Assembly: GCA_009859145.1 (NCBI GenBank)
Contig: VRVR01000006.1
Coordinates: 1-64,000, forward strand
Source: Andalucia godoyi And28
Taxonomy: Eukaryota; Protista; Jakobida
Direction: 5' to 3'
Length of the DNA stretch: 64,000 bases
Under the pieces are notes generated by a model. That model searched no databases, had not been told where the DNA came from, and saw only the letters and a program-made list of their open reading frames with translations. Numbering within the stretch: the first letter of the stretch is position 1; each line of letters opens with the position of its first letter. Below are positions 43,374-53,701 of this stretch, one piece after another. The translations under genes were made by a program, and so were the position numbers.

Positions 43374-43858
43374 GTCTTTATTTTTATGTTTTCATTTCTT
43401 TACTTCTCATCATCATTATTATTTGTACTATGTTTATTATGGTTATTGCGATCATCATTATTTTTTTGCAGTTATTGAATTGTCTCTCATGATTTTCAGA
43501 ATTTTTGAATTGTGATTCTCGTTCCTTGCGATGCTGTTCTGCTGTGCTGGCCTCTGAAGTAAACGTTGAATTCAAATTGCCATTCGAGAAAACGCCGAGT
43601 TCCTTCACCTTTCGTAAAAACAACGTCCCGTGGGGAAACCCAGTTGATGCACGAAAAGCCTCATTTGAAAGAAATTTTTTCGCGGTTTTCCGGAAAGCGC
43701 AGAAGCACATAAATATATAAAATATACATATCTTTAACCACAAATAAATAAATGAGTGAATAAATAAATAAATAAAATGAATTCTTTTGTACTTTTCGTT
43801 TTATCTGTGATATCTGATCTTGCTGCGCTTCTTCATAGTCCAGTCGAGTTCGCGAAGA

Positions 43859-44650
43859 ATGTCGTTTGAACGTCTGAGTGTTTCCAGAACCCTATCTCTG
43901 CTCCCTCACGCTTTGAGTTCTCTGTCGAAGGCAATATATGCGAGTCTGAACACTACTTTGCTTCGCTATTCGCACCGAGTACAAGGAGTTCCTGTTGCGT
44001 ATGAGAATGTGAAGTTTTCCACTCCAAATGGTCTGGTCCTTCCTGACTCGCCGTATCTTGTGGTTCCAGTGAACTACTCGTTAATTGCATTCTGCCCGAA
44101 AGAAAACAGCCTTGTCGTTGGGCGAGTTTCGCAGATTGGGTTTGACTATGTGTCGCTGTTGGTTCATGGTGTGTTCAATGCTGTGATTCCATCGAGCTCG
44201 ATGCCCGATGGTTGGAAGTTTAACGTTGACCAGTCTGCATGGGCGGATGATGATGGCGAGTACGAAGTCAAAGAAGGAATGATGTTGCAGGTCCGTATTG
44301 TCGCGTTGGACACTGTCGGAGATGTGTTGTCGCTGAAGTGTTCCATGGACGACGACCAGACCGGCATTGTGGCCACACAGCTGCTGGGTACCGATGCTGG
44401 TGTAACTGCGGAGGCCAGGGAAGAAGAAGACACACAGATCCAGGAAGATGCTTTTGAAATGTCGCTCGAAGAAGAATCGGAGAAGCAGCGAAAGAAGAGG
44501 GAAAAGAAGGAAAAGAAGGAAAAGAAGGAAAAGAAGAAGAGAGAACGCGAAGAAAATGGTGAGCATGAGGATGGTGCAGATGAAGAAGAAAAGCGAATGA
44601 AGAAGAAGCACAAGAAGAAGAGCAAAGACGGTCGCGATGAGAAGAGCTGA
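43859..44650 (+). CDS. RPA43: RNA polymerase I subunit RPA43
   Basis: LLRYSHRVQGVPVAYENVK, FCPKENSLVVGRVSQIGFDYVSLLVHGVFNAVIP (Rpb7/Rpa43 fold) and a Lys/Glu-rich tail. Likely start 43859. Confidence 0.85.
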   Translation: MSFERLSVSRTLSLLPHALSSLSKAIYASLNTTLLRYSHRVQGVPVAYENVKFSTPNGLVLPDSPYLVVPVNYSLIAFCPKENSLVVGRVSQIGFDYVSLLVHGVFNAVIPSSSMPDGWKFNVDQSAWADDDGEYEVKEGMMLQVRIVALDTVGDVLSLKCSMDDDQTGIVATQLLGTDAGVTAEAREEEDTQIQEDAFEMSLEEESEKQRKKREKKEKKEKKEKKKREREENGEHEDGADEEEKRMKKKHKKKSKDGRDEKS

Positions 44651-44890
44651 TTTTCAGTGATTCGGGTGAGTGGATGGATGCATGATTGAAAAGGATGGCA
44701 TGTGTGTGTACAATACATGCATAAAATAGGCTTTTGTACAGAAAATAAGAGGGAAAAACGTGAAGAATGAAGGAATGCTGGATTAGAAATCTTCGTGCCG
44801 GTAAAAACACTTTCGGTGCGATATTGTTTGATGCTTAGCGTTTATACACAGAGCGGTCAACCGTTGGCAATTTTTTTTTGGGCCGGTTTC

Positions 44891-45345
44891 GTTTTCATCA
44901 TCTTTGACAAGATGCTTGAAATCCCGGCGCAGAGGTGCCTTTTCGATCTGATTTGCGCGAGCGATCCGAAAAGAAGCACGATGTTTCAAGCCAGGTGCTT
45001 CGGAAATGGGGCCGCGTGCGGAAAACGCTGTGCATCCTTATCACTTCTTTTTTACCAGCGATTCTACAATTCCGCCCGGCGACTGCTGCACAAGGCGAGG
45101 AAGTATGGAACCGCTAAAGTGCTCCGATGTCCAGCGGGTGCAGCGGTGATGGATCGAAACTGAGAATGGAGCGCGCAACATCTATTTGAAGAACACGGTG
45201 TACACGTTCAATTGTGTGTGCTGGAGGGGGGGGAACTTGCCCCCGCCTTAGACAACTGATGTTCGCAGAATCGACTGTCGTCATGCAGCAATGACATAGT
45301 AGCCCTTTAGAGCCAATTTTGAATGGATGCAGTGTGTCGCAGGCG
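44891..45345 (+). mobile_element. Internally deleted Fanzor2/TnpB-derived element; inverted copy of 26911-27365
   Basis: QVLRKW (44992), RLLHKARKYG (45080), KVLRCP, and DRN-tgag-NGARNIYLKN (45152-45194, 1-nt frameshift). Right end CAGTGTGTCGCAGGCG at 45345. Confidence 0.9.
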
Positions 45346-47583
45346 TTACAGTTCCCACTGCTGAGATTGGATGAACAAGGCAAGTTGGCGACCTTCTTCC
45401 GCATCCACCGCAAGACTGGAATCGCCAATATGATGCTGGACACGCTGCGCAACGGAATCGTGTGGGACCTCGTCGCTGACAATGTCCATGATGAGCAAGA
45501 CTCCCAGAAGTGCTTTCGGACATTCAAAAGCCACCTTGATCGCCATCTGCTCGCGAATGAACGGAGTCATCGAGTTCCACACCAAACTTATATCCATGTC
45601 TTGTTGGAACACAACGTGACTGACGTTGGCATTCACAGTCAAATCAAGAACCTTCGTCACAATCATGAACGGATCAAGGGTGGCCACAGCTTTCCGATTT
45701 CCCAAGAACACTCTCGACACGAGGAAGAGCTGCGCGGATGAGCACAACGCAACTCGTCGCGGAACCACAAGCGCCGCGAACGACGGCGGAACATATGCAA
45801 GCGCACCAGGATCCAAGTTGAAGGCTGATGCAAAGGACGCGAGGTCAAAGTGCTGCGATTTCAAGGCAGCAAATTCGTCTGTGTCCCCGTCTTCCAGGGG
45901 AGAAGGACGTGCCAAATCCATTTCATCCGCTTGCAATTCGAGCAATTCGGAAGCTGTTTTTGAAAAGATGGCATAAAAACCGAAGATGAGATTCGGAGAG
46001 CAGACGAATTCTGCAAAAGAGTCCTTGCCTTTCATTGCTTTCAGCGACGGCAATGCTGGATCCAGAGCATCCACAACCACAGAGATTCTGAGGCGTTCAT
46101 CGCAAAAAAACAGTGCTTCCGAAGGGCCGTCGGTGTGAATATGACGGACGCAAGAATTAACAAACTTCACGAGATCGCCCGCAACCGTGGTCAAAGACCT
46201 CCCGCTCTGTGCACTGCACCAGAACCAGGACATTTCACCGACAAGTGGATCTGCTTCTGAGACTTCGTGCGCTGCAAATGACGCGTCGGAAGCATGCAGT
46301 TCGCTCAGACTGCTACTGCTGCTGCTACTGCTCCTGTTCCTGTTACAGCTGTCGCTTCGACCATCCTTGCTCATCTTCTTTACATGACTCGCGATCAGCT
46401 GACGAACCATCTTTCTAGCACGCTGGTGTACGGGAGAGGAATGCGAACCGACAACGATTTCTGGTTCCAACGACAGAGCAGATCGAGAATACTCACAAAG
46501 AAAGCGCTCTACTTCCCCGATCGAATGCTCGCAATCCTTAAACGAGAACGAGAATGTAGATAAACATGTTCTATACAAACGAGCGAAGCAAATGGTGGTC
46601 GACGAAACAGTGGAGTATCCGGCAAACGCAAACTGCGTTTCGTATTCATTGGAAGACGCTTCAGAAATGCAGCGTTTGCAGAGGTTAAGAATCGTGAACA
46701 ACAATGCTCCACTAAGTTTGACGGATGAAATGGGCGATGGAATAACCAGCGTGTATCTGGAATGATCGAAAGACTCCAGGATTGGGGATGTAAACACCGA
46801 GGTCTCCAGTCCTTTCACATGCACATGCCCGTGTCCATTCGTGGGTCCCTTCGTGTGCCCATTCGCCACTCCGTCGGAATGCCCATTCTGCAGCGCTGCA
46901 TTGGCAGGCAAATGGCTTCGATGAGCCTGCAACACGGACGACAAATATGAAGACGCAACGCCCGAAAACACAGGAACCATCCCTCTCAGTTCTGCATAGT
47001 ACTCCAGCACGGACACCAAATCATCGACCTTGCTCAGCAATTCCGACCGAAACTGATAGCCATACAAAACTCCAGCCAGGACGTCGCCATCATCCGTTAT
47101 CCAAACATCCACTGACAAGAAATGCACAGAATGGACAATGCCGTCGTCCAAATCGCTTGGAACCAGCATTACCGATTCGATCCACCGCTCTGCATCGCTC
47201 GCTATTCTATGTTCGAGAGCAAGCTCCGTCATGTAGCGCGCAATACGATGTGGAATCACTAGGATCGTCGACACTCCTGAATCCCACTCTCGAGGATAGT
47301 CAACGTGACGCGGCGACACATTCAGCAAAGACTGCTGCTTGTTATCCGACCCGACAGAAAGATTGTAGAACAACTCGTCCAGCTTCCGAGGTTTTGCAAT
47401 CTTTGGTGACGGTATGGATAGTGCTTCAAGACATGCATGCAGCGAAGCCGTTTGGGAGCCAGAATCCACTGCATAGATTGTATCAATTTCGCGAAAACAC
47501 GGATCAAACATGTCAAACAGCCGATGTGCGACTCGCTGTGTCAGAGACTCTGCGGATATGAATTCGTCTGTCATGATATGCAT
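45346..47583 (-). CDS. Hypothetical protein
   Basis: Long ORF, likely starting at 47583 or 47574 after an AGAAAC repeat tract. No family recognised. The TAA stop is at 45346-45348. Confidence 0.75.
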   Translation of the reverse strand: MHIMTDEFISAESLTQRVAHRLFDMFDPCFREIDTIYAVDSGSQTASLHACLEALSIPSPKIAKPRKLDELFYNLSVGSDNKQQSLLNVSPRHVDYPREWDSGVSTILVIPHRIARYMTELALEHRIASDAERWIESVMLVPSDLDDGIVHSVHFLSVDVWITDDGDVLAGVLYGYQFRSELLSKVDDLVSVLEYYAELRGMVPVFSGVASSYLSSVLQAHRSHLPANAALQNGHSDGVANGHTKGPTNGHGHVHVKGLETSVFTSPILESFDHSRYTLVIPSPISSVKLSGALLFTILNLCKRCISEASSNEYETQFAFAGYSTVSSTTICFARLYRTCLSTFSFSFKDCEHSIGEVERFLCEYSRSALSLEPEIVVGSHSSPVHQRARKMVRQLIASHVKKMSKDGRSDSCNRNRSSSSSSSSLSELHASDASFAAHEVSEADPLVGEMSWFWCSAQSGRSLTTVAGDLVKFVNSCVRHIHTDGPSEALFFCDERLRISVVVDALDPALPSLKAMKGKDSFAEFVCSPNLIFGFYAIFSKTASELLELQADEMDLARPSPLEDGDTDEFAALKSQHFDLASFASAFNLDPGALAYVPPSFAALVVPRRVALCSSAQLFLVSRVFLGNRKAVATLDPFMIVTKVLDLTVNANVSHVVFQQDMDISLVWNSMTPFIREQMAIKVAFECPKALLGVLLIMDIVSDEVPHDSVAQRVQHHIGDSSLAVDAEEGRQLALFIQSQQWEL

Positions 47584-48000
47584 TTCGTTTAAAAACAAGA
47601 ACAGAAACAGAAACAAAAACAGAAACAGAAACAGAACAGAAAAATGTGCAAAAAACTCACTTGACTGCTTGTGTACGTGTCCCTGTGTTCTGTGCGAGTA
47701 TATATGAGCGATATCAGAAGAAGAAAATTGGAAACTCTGAAGGGCACTGCGACGCGACTGGGCTGGTGAATGCGAGAAGCGTGCAAAACGTTCCACGAAT
47801 TTGGAGAGCTTTTTTTTCATTTCATCGGATGCACAAACGAGACATCCCGCTTCATCACAGATCCCGTTACAGTCGTTGTGACGTTACACAAAAAGTAACA
47901 AAAACAGGGTGAAGAAGAAAACACACACGCGAGCGGGCTCGGGTGTGCGAAGCATAGAGCATAGCGTTGAAACTGAAAAGGGGAATTGTGTTTACTGCTT

Positions 48001-49596
48001 TTACCAGTGTTTCCTGAAGAATCCCTTCTTATCCTTGGGCTTTTCGACTGGTTCGGAGGATGCGGTGGATTTTGAAGACCATCCTTTGAACAGTGTCCAC
48101 GACGCGGTTTCGGGCTGCTCGACGACAAATGGCTTTGCGGCGGCCACGGTCGGCGCCTGGGGAGCTGCAGATGGAGCCTTGGTCTCTTCCCTGACTCCAC
48201 GGACATGCACTGCAGGACCACCGACAGTGCTACCCACAGAGGCCGCTGAAGTTGCAGCGGTAGTCGGCGGCATCGGAGATGGCGATGGTGATGACGGTGA
48301 TGCTGAGACAAACACTCGGTGTGGCTTTGAAAAGCTCTCGGATCGATCAGCCGTGCTGGAGGAAAGGCCTGTGATGAGAAGAGATACACGGACCGAGTCT
48401 CCCAAGCCTGGATCAAGCGTTGATCCAAACAAAATGTTGGCATCGTCGTTGCCCACTTCGTCTTTGACACGGGAGGCGATCAAGTCGACTTCGTGCAATG
48501 TGAGATCCTCGGAGCCCGCGATAGAAATCAGAACTCCTTGGCCGCCACGAATCGGACAGTCGGCCAACAACGGATTTTTCAGCGCAACTTCCACCGCACG
48601 TTGTGCTCGATTGCTGCCGGATGCGACTCCGGTTCCCATCATCGCACGACCAGCATTTTGGGTCACGGTCTTTACATCTGCAAAGTCGAGATTGATCAAT
48701 CCGGGGCGCGCAATGACGTCCGAGATGGCGCGGACACCTTGAACCAAGACCTCATCGGCCATCCGAAACGCCTCCTTCACGGTTGTCTGTGCATTCGCGA
48801 TTTGAATGAGCTTTTGGTTCGGCACGACCAGCAACGTGTCGACGACTCCTTCCATTTGCTCCAATGCAGTCTGCGCAATCCGCATTCTTTGTTTCCCCTC
48901 AAATTCAAAGGGAGTCGAAACCACTGCAACTGTCAAAATTCCAGCTTCCCGCAGCGCTCGTGCAATCACCGGCGCAGCTCCAGACCCAGTTCCTCCTCCA
49001 AACCCAGCTGCCAAGAACACCATGTTGGCATCGCGCAGGTAATCCATGACGGCGTCAAGCGATTCAACAGCTGCTTCTGCACCTATCGACGGCTGTGCGC
49101 CAGCGCCAAGGCCAGACGTAGTGGTCGGACCAAGTTGAAACCGCGTCAACACTGGGCTTTGCTGCAACGCCTGGGCATCCGTGTTGGCCACAGCAAGCGA
49201 AACAACTCCAGGTGTCGAAAATAACGAGTCCGCGTCTGCGCTTTGAGTTAAACTGGAAGCCTGGCGCGGCGACGACGATAAAGTCTTTGAAAACAGCATG
49301 GAAGCGATTGCATTCGATCCTGCACCACCGCATCCCAACACGTGGATTCGCGGAATTCCGTTTTCAAAAACTGCCCCACGAGAATTCGGTTGTATATTGA
49401 AACCATGGCCTGTGGAATGCACCGATGACGACGACGGAGATTGGGATGACGGTGGTAAGGATGAGGATGCAGGAGTGGGGGAAGACGAAGCTGATTTGGA
49501 CGACCTTCGCGAAACAGAATATGTAGCATTCGAAGCAAACCGTTGAGAAATGCACGGATTTCCAAACCTTGGGAAATTCACTGAGACTCTCAGCAT
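48001..49596 (-). CDS. ftsZ: FtsZ with N-terminal organellar (probably mitochondrial) presequence
   Basis: VLGCGGAGSNAI, ANTDAQAL, GLGAGA, GFGGGTGSG, PFEFEG, VVPNQKL and INLDFADVK. Likely start MLRVSV at 49596; long spacer and C-terminal KGFFRKHW. Confidence 0.95.
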   Translation of the reverse strand: MLRVSVNFPRFGNPCISQRFASNATYSVSRRSSKSASSSPTPASSSLPPSSQSPSSSSVHSTGHGFNIQPNSRGAVFENGIPRIHVLGCGGAGSNAIASMLFSKTLSSSPRQASSLTQSADADSLFSTPGVVSLAVANTDAQALQQSPVLTRFQLGPTTTSGLGAGAQPSIGAEAAVESLDAVMDYLRDANMVFLAAGFGGGTGSGAAPVIARALREAGILTVAVVSTPFEFEGKQRMRIAQTALEQMEGVVDTLLVVPNQKLIQIANAQTTVKEAFRMADEVLVQGVRAISDVIARPGLINLDFADVKTVTQNAGRAMMGTGVASGSNRAQRAVEVALKNPLLADCPIRGGQGVLISIAGSEDLTLHEVDLIASRVKDEVGNDDANILFGSTLDPGLGDSVRVSLLITGLSSSTADRSESFSKPHRVFVSASPSSPSPSPMPPTTAATSAASVGSTVGGPAVHVRGVREETKAPSAAPQAPTVAAAKPFVVEQPETASWTLFKGWSSKSTASSEPVEKPKDKKGFFRKHW

Positions 49597-50005
49597 GTCC
49601 AAGGTGCGCGACTTGGTAACTTTTGAAGGAACGGAATTTCGACGAGGAACAGAGAGTGTGAGAGGGAATGCGAGAAAGAAAGGAAAACAACGATGATATG
49701 TAAAAATATACATTGAAAACAATGAAAAATGAAAAACGTGAAGATGCATAATTGGCACGGGTTCTTTTGCATGGCGGGAAGACCGTGAATGCATCACTTG
49801 ATTCTCGGAGACAATTTGGCGTCCGTTCGTTGGGGAACCTCCGAGCAAAAGAAAGTGCCAACGTTTTAGCAGTGAACACACGTTTTGAGTTCTGACGTGC
49901 GCACACATAGGCACACACACACACACACACACACATAGGCACATAGACACATAGACACATAAACACAAGGACGCAATTACTCTCTTGTGGAACTGAAATT
50001 GAAAA

Positions 50006-50323
50006 ATGGAGACTGAAGCTGCTGTGAAACCGTCGTTAACACTTTTGACGCAGGACGGATTTGAGATTTTGATTGCGCAAGACTTGGCTTCGTACTCGAA
50101 GGTTCTGCAGGCGTTTCTAGCTGAACGAGAAGCGTCAGGAGCCGCCGAGTCGCCAAATGCTGCATTTTCCATTCCGTTTCGCTCGGATTTAGTCGAACGC
50201 GCTATCCAGTACTTGCATTACAAGAAGAAGTGGGACCACGAGCCGGATGAACGACCTCAATTTCCGATCGATCCCGAGTCTGCCTTGCAGCTCATTTTGG
50301 TCGCTGACTTTTTGCAAATTTGA
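50006..50323 (+). CDS. ELOC: Elongin C (Skp1/BTB fold)
   Basis: LTLLTQDGFEILI, AIQYLHYKKKW and PQFPIDPESALQLILVADFL; 105 aa. Confidence 0.88.
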   Translation: METEAAVKPSLTLLTQDGFEILIAQDLASYSKVLQAFLAEREASGAAESPNAAFSIPFRSDLVERAIQYLHYKKKWDHEPDERPQFPIDPESALQLILVADFLQI

Positions 50324-51110
50324 GGACCCAATTCCTGGGATCCTATAATCAAGATCAGGATCAGGAAATCGAGAACCGGGTTCTCCTCTCTTCTCTCTGT
50401 CTGTCTGTCTGTCTTGTCTGTCTGTCTGTCTGATGGCTGGCTCTTATGCACACACATACATACAGCTTTTCTAATGGTGTACATTATTCGTCTCAGTCTT
50501 AAAAGAAACTGCCCGTTTGCAAGTACTTTTTTTTTTAGCCTTTGCAAACTCGTCGTTGAACGAATTGCAGCATTTCGGCAATGCAAGACACACGACCATA
50601 CTACTTTTGATTAATCAATTAAAACGAGCACGGGTGTGCAAACTTTACGTTCGGATGCAATGCAATGCAAGTGCATGACACCGCATTCCGGTACATTTTA
50701 AAAAAACAGCAAAGACATGCACGAAAGGGCCGATCCGCAGCAAAGCGAAGTCGTCGAGCGGGAGGTCCACAGAGAGATCGTAGCGCAATGCGCACGTCTG
50801 CTGCAAAAATGCTCGATTCGGTAAAGAGTGATTCTGGGAATGAGGCTGGCCGCGGAGAACGAGGGTGAGCTACACCGTTGTTCGATCCACGTACAGAATC
50901 GAAACACGCCCAGAGACACAGAATCGAATGAAAAAGAATAGAGCGCTTCGATTACAATGCCGTACTGCATTTCCGTTCTGTGTATGAACATCAAACAAGC
51001 AACATCATACCAGAAGAGTGTTTATCTAACCCTTTTGGGACGCGATGTTCCTACCGTCGTCAGGTCCAGAATTTCTTGGTTCTGTACCTTTTTTTATGTT
51101 TGTGTTCTTC

Positions 51111-51396
51111 ATAATCGAACCCTCAAACAACACCTTTCATCAAAGATAAAGACAAAACACATCTCATGGCTCCAAAGAGGGATCTTCCCAATAAACTCAA
51201 AACTGGCCATGCCCGACGATGCCGAGAACCAAGAAGCTCGTGGGTGCGACGACCCTTTGAGGCAAAGCAGTCTGCATTGAAGAGCTGGCGCTCGCCCCCA
51301 ATTAAAGAAGCAAAATAAAACACGTGGCTTTTGGATCTGTCTTCGGTGAGAGCTTAGCCAATGATGATCAATAATGATGCATGTTTTTGGTGAACG
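51111..51396 (+). mobile_element. Dispersed repeat family B, copy 2
   Basis: Homologous to 9500-9798. Encodes MAPKRDLPNKLK...RPFEAKQSALKSW. Ends GGTGAACG, and that CG is shared with the adjacent Fanzor-derived element. Confidence 0.7.
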
Positions 51397-51491
51397 CCTG
51401 CATTCTACACTGAACATGCATATCTACGAATAGACATGCATATTCAATCTTGCATCCCGTTGCCGCGAAGGGGATAGACCCCCAACACGCC
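51395..51491 (-). ncRNA. Predicted Fanzor omegaRNA scaffold
   Basis: G/C hairpin, GCAA-loop hairpin and a 15-bp UUCG-loop hairpin (51412-51445) immediately before the element end. This position matches TnpB/Fanzor omegaRNAs. Expression is not shown. Confidence 0.65.
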
Positions 51492-51941
51492 TCACGGCGT
51501 TCTTCCGATAGATGTTCCGCGCTCCGTTCCCAATCTCGATCAATCGGTGAGCCACTTTCTCAGCGTGACGCGTTGTTCCTGAGAAGGGTGCATTTTGATT
51601 CTGACGGCCCTGTATCGAGCGGCGTAGGCGTAGGCGAATGCGTCGTCCTAGCGCGCTCACGCCCGTATTTGAATTAAAAAGTGAAACCAACGAATGATAG
51701 AATAGATGGCTATGGATGCTGCGTTAAAGAGTGTCGAAAATGCGGAGCCTGTGTCACCGGCTGAATTCTGGCCGAGCGTGCGTAAGTACGAATTCCCCTG
51801 TGGAACAAACGTGCTAGTGTCGGCCAGTATTGACCGTGTCTGTTTACGTATACTTCCTTGCGTGAGCATGACCATGAGGTGTTATTATTCAATAGTTGTG
51901 CGTCGAGAGCCCGTTGTAAAACGCTCGACTTCCCTTCCACG
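51395..51941 (-). mobile_element. Internally deleted Fanzor2 element (left arm, ORF start fused to ORF end, omegaRNA-like right end)
   Basis: RAVRIKMHPSQEQRVTLRKWL (ATG 51593; resembles the HTH_OrfB_IS605-type N-terminus) is joined directly to IDRDW-NGARNIYRKN. Right end TTCAGTGTAGAATGCAGGCG; CG at both borders. Confidence 0.92.
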
Positions 51942-52061
51942 CATATCTGCACACACTGTTGGTTTCATCTCCTTCTTTCTTCTGCTTGTGCTATCTTGTT
52001 CGTGTTTTCCTGTTCTTCGCTGTAAAGGATCTGCACTGAGTCTCATTCTCACAACTAGGAA

Positions 52062-52442
52062 ATGTCAGTCCCTCCGAGTGGTCTTCCTCCGGGGTTTTCC
52101 GCGACTCCAAGTGGTGCGCCGAACAGTGAAGCGTCCGAGAAGAAGGCTGCAGAAGACGAGCAGCGGCAGTCGATTTTGAGTGCTGTGTTGGAGCCGCAGG
52201 CACGCGAACGACTTTCTCGTGTGTCTCTTGTGCAGCCAGACAAGGCACGCATGCTGGAGAACATGGTTATCCAGCAAGTGCGGTCCGGTCGAGTGGCCGG
52301 CCGCATCTCGGAAGAAATGCTTATTCAGATGCTCGAGCGTGGGTCCGGATCCGAAAAGGAGCAAAAGGTCAAGGTACAAAGACGAAGAAGCGCATTTGAT
52401 AGCGATGACGACGAAGACGATGAGGATGGATGGAACCTTTGA
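52062..52442 (+). CDS. PDCD5: Programmed cell death protein 5 (TFAR19/Sdd2)
   Basis: ILSAVLEPQARERLSRVSLVQPDKARMLENMVIQ...ISEEMLIQML and C-terminal VKVQRRRSAFDSDDD. Confidence 0.93.
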   Translation: MSVPPSGLPPGFSATPSGAPNSEASEKKAAEDEQRQSILSAVLEPQARERLSRVSLVQPDKARMLENMVIQQVRSGRVAGRISEEMLIQMLERGSGSEKEQKVKVQRRRSAFDSDDDEDDEDGWNL

Positions 52443-52708
52443 TTGCTTCCTGTTTTTCGTCCCCGCTTGCCCCATGCATTCGTCTGTTTATCAGTTTCTG
52501 TTTCCATCCGTGTGCTGCGCTTATTCTTTTGTAAATTCCTGTCTAATCCATGACAAGCACACCAATAAGAATCATCCAGAAAAAAACAACCAAAATAAGA
52601 ACGAGTAATGAACAAGAGTACTGGAGAAATGGCGGGTTTTCTTATTTACATGGATTTCTGAAGAATGAAGGAGACTGGATGAAAGAAGCGTAAGACAGGG
52701 AGAGCGAT

Positions 52709-53446
52709 TTAGGACAGAGGAAGCCCCTTTGCGACGCCGCGTGGTTCCGAGAGCAAAAGTGGACATTGGGTCTTGTGAGGCACAAAGTCATAATACAGTA
52801 CACACTCAAAGTCTGCAAGTGTTTCAGGTTCTTCAGCGGCAGCAGCATCGCCTGCATTCCCGGCATCCTCGGCGGCATCCTTCGCATCAGCATCCTCCTT
52901 CTCGTCCCCATCCTCTTTCTCGTCTCCATCCTCCTTCTCGTCTTTCTCGTCCTCCTCGCCATCTTCCTTTTCAGCATCGTCACCATCAGCGTCCTCATCC
53001 TTATCCTTCCCTGATTTCCCATCGGCAGCCGTATTCGCACCCGAGGTCTTTTCCTCGTCCTCATCCTCGTCCTCGCCGTCGCCGTCGCCATCCTCTGGGT
53101 CTTCCTCGGCGTCCTTGAACGAATAGAGCTGTTGAAGAGAAAGAAGAGAGTCGCGAACGACATTCTTCGGATGAACTTGGTCTTTCCAAATGGTGAGTCC
53201 AGAAATCGCATCGCCGTGATGCGCAATGATCTTTCGCTCCATCATCGCAATGGTTGTGTCCACAGGAACCCGGACGTCAAAATTCAGATACGTCCATGTA
53301 ACCATCTTTATGTGAACAACGACATAGCGCTGCGGAAACGAACCAAACATTGCCGTTTTGGGCATTGCAAAGTCCGAATCAGAAGACTTTGACTTTTTTC
53401 CTTTTTTTCCTTTTTTCCCTTTTTTCCCGCTCGCTTTCTTCGCCAT
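52709..53446 (-). CDS. Conserved hypothetical protein with a ubiquitin-like-looking domain split by an acidic insert
   Basis: Basic N-terminus; folded segments YVVVHIKMVTWTYLNF...KIIAHHG and VLYYDFVPHKTQCPLLL flanking a D/E-rich tract. Confidence 0.65.
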   Translation of the reverse strand: MAKKASGKKGKKGKKGKKSKSSDSDFAMPKTAMFGSFPQRYVVVHIKMVTWTYLNFDVRVPVDTTIAMMERKIIAHHGDAISGLTIWKDQVHPKNVVRDSLLSLQQLYSFKDAEEDPEDGDGDGEDEDEDEEKTSGANTAADGKSGKDKDEDADGDDAEKEDGEEDEKDEKEDGDEKEDGDEKEDADAKDAAEDAGNAGDAAAAEEPETLADFECVLYYDFVPHKTQCPLLLSEPRGVAKGLPLS

Positions 53447-53701
53447 TTCCGAATCTCACCGTGTGGGCCTAAAAATGACTAAACGCATAAAATGAGTGAC
53501 GAAGAAACGAAAGGAAAGAAAAGGAATGGACGAACGAACGGACAAAGACCGTTTTCAACGGCTGTGATTCGATCGCGAACACCGTCCCCCGATGTGTCTC
53601 TGTGCATTTTCCTTTACAAGCGTTTCACGGATGTTGCTTCTCTTTGGCAGAAACCGGGGCGTGCACATATGGGTAAGTCCCTCGTGGAATCCAGACATTC
53701 A

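Noticed and set aside
49597-50172. 192-codon N-terminal extension of FtsZ
   Set aside because: It runs through (CA)n/AT-rich spacer DNA and overlaps the divergent ELOC gene. Similar microsatellite-derived extensions were trimmed for MFS, CPSF3, the 45.3-47.8 kb ORF, the zeta-like kinase and GT4.
51657-51952. IS607-type TnpA serine recombinase remnant in the left arm
   Set aside because: No YARVS or other resolvase motif in any frame; PTLARLFHRG is too weak to call an HTH.
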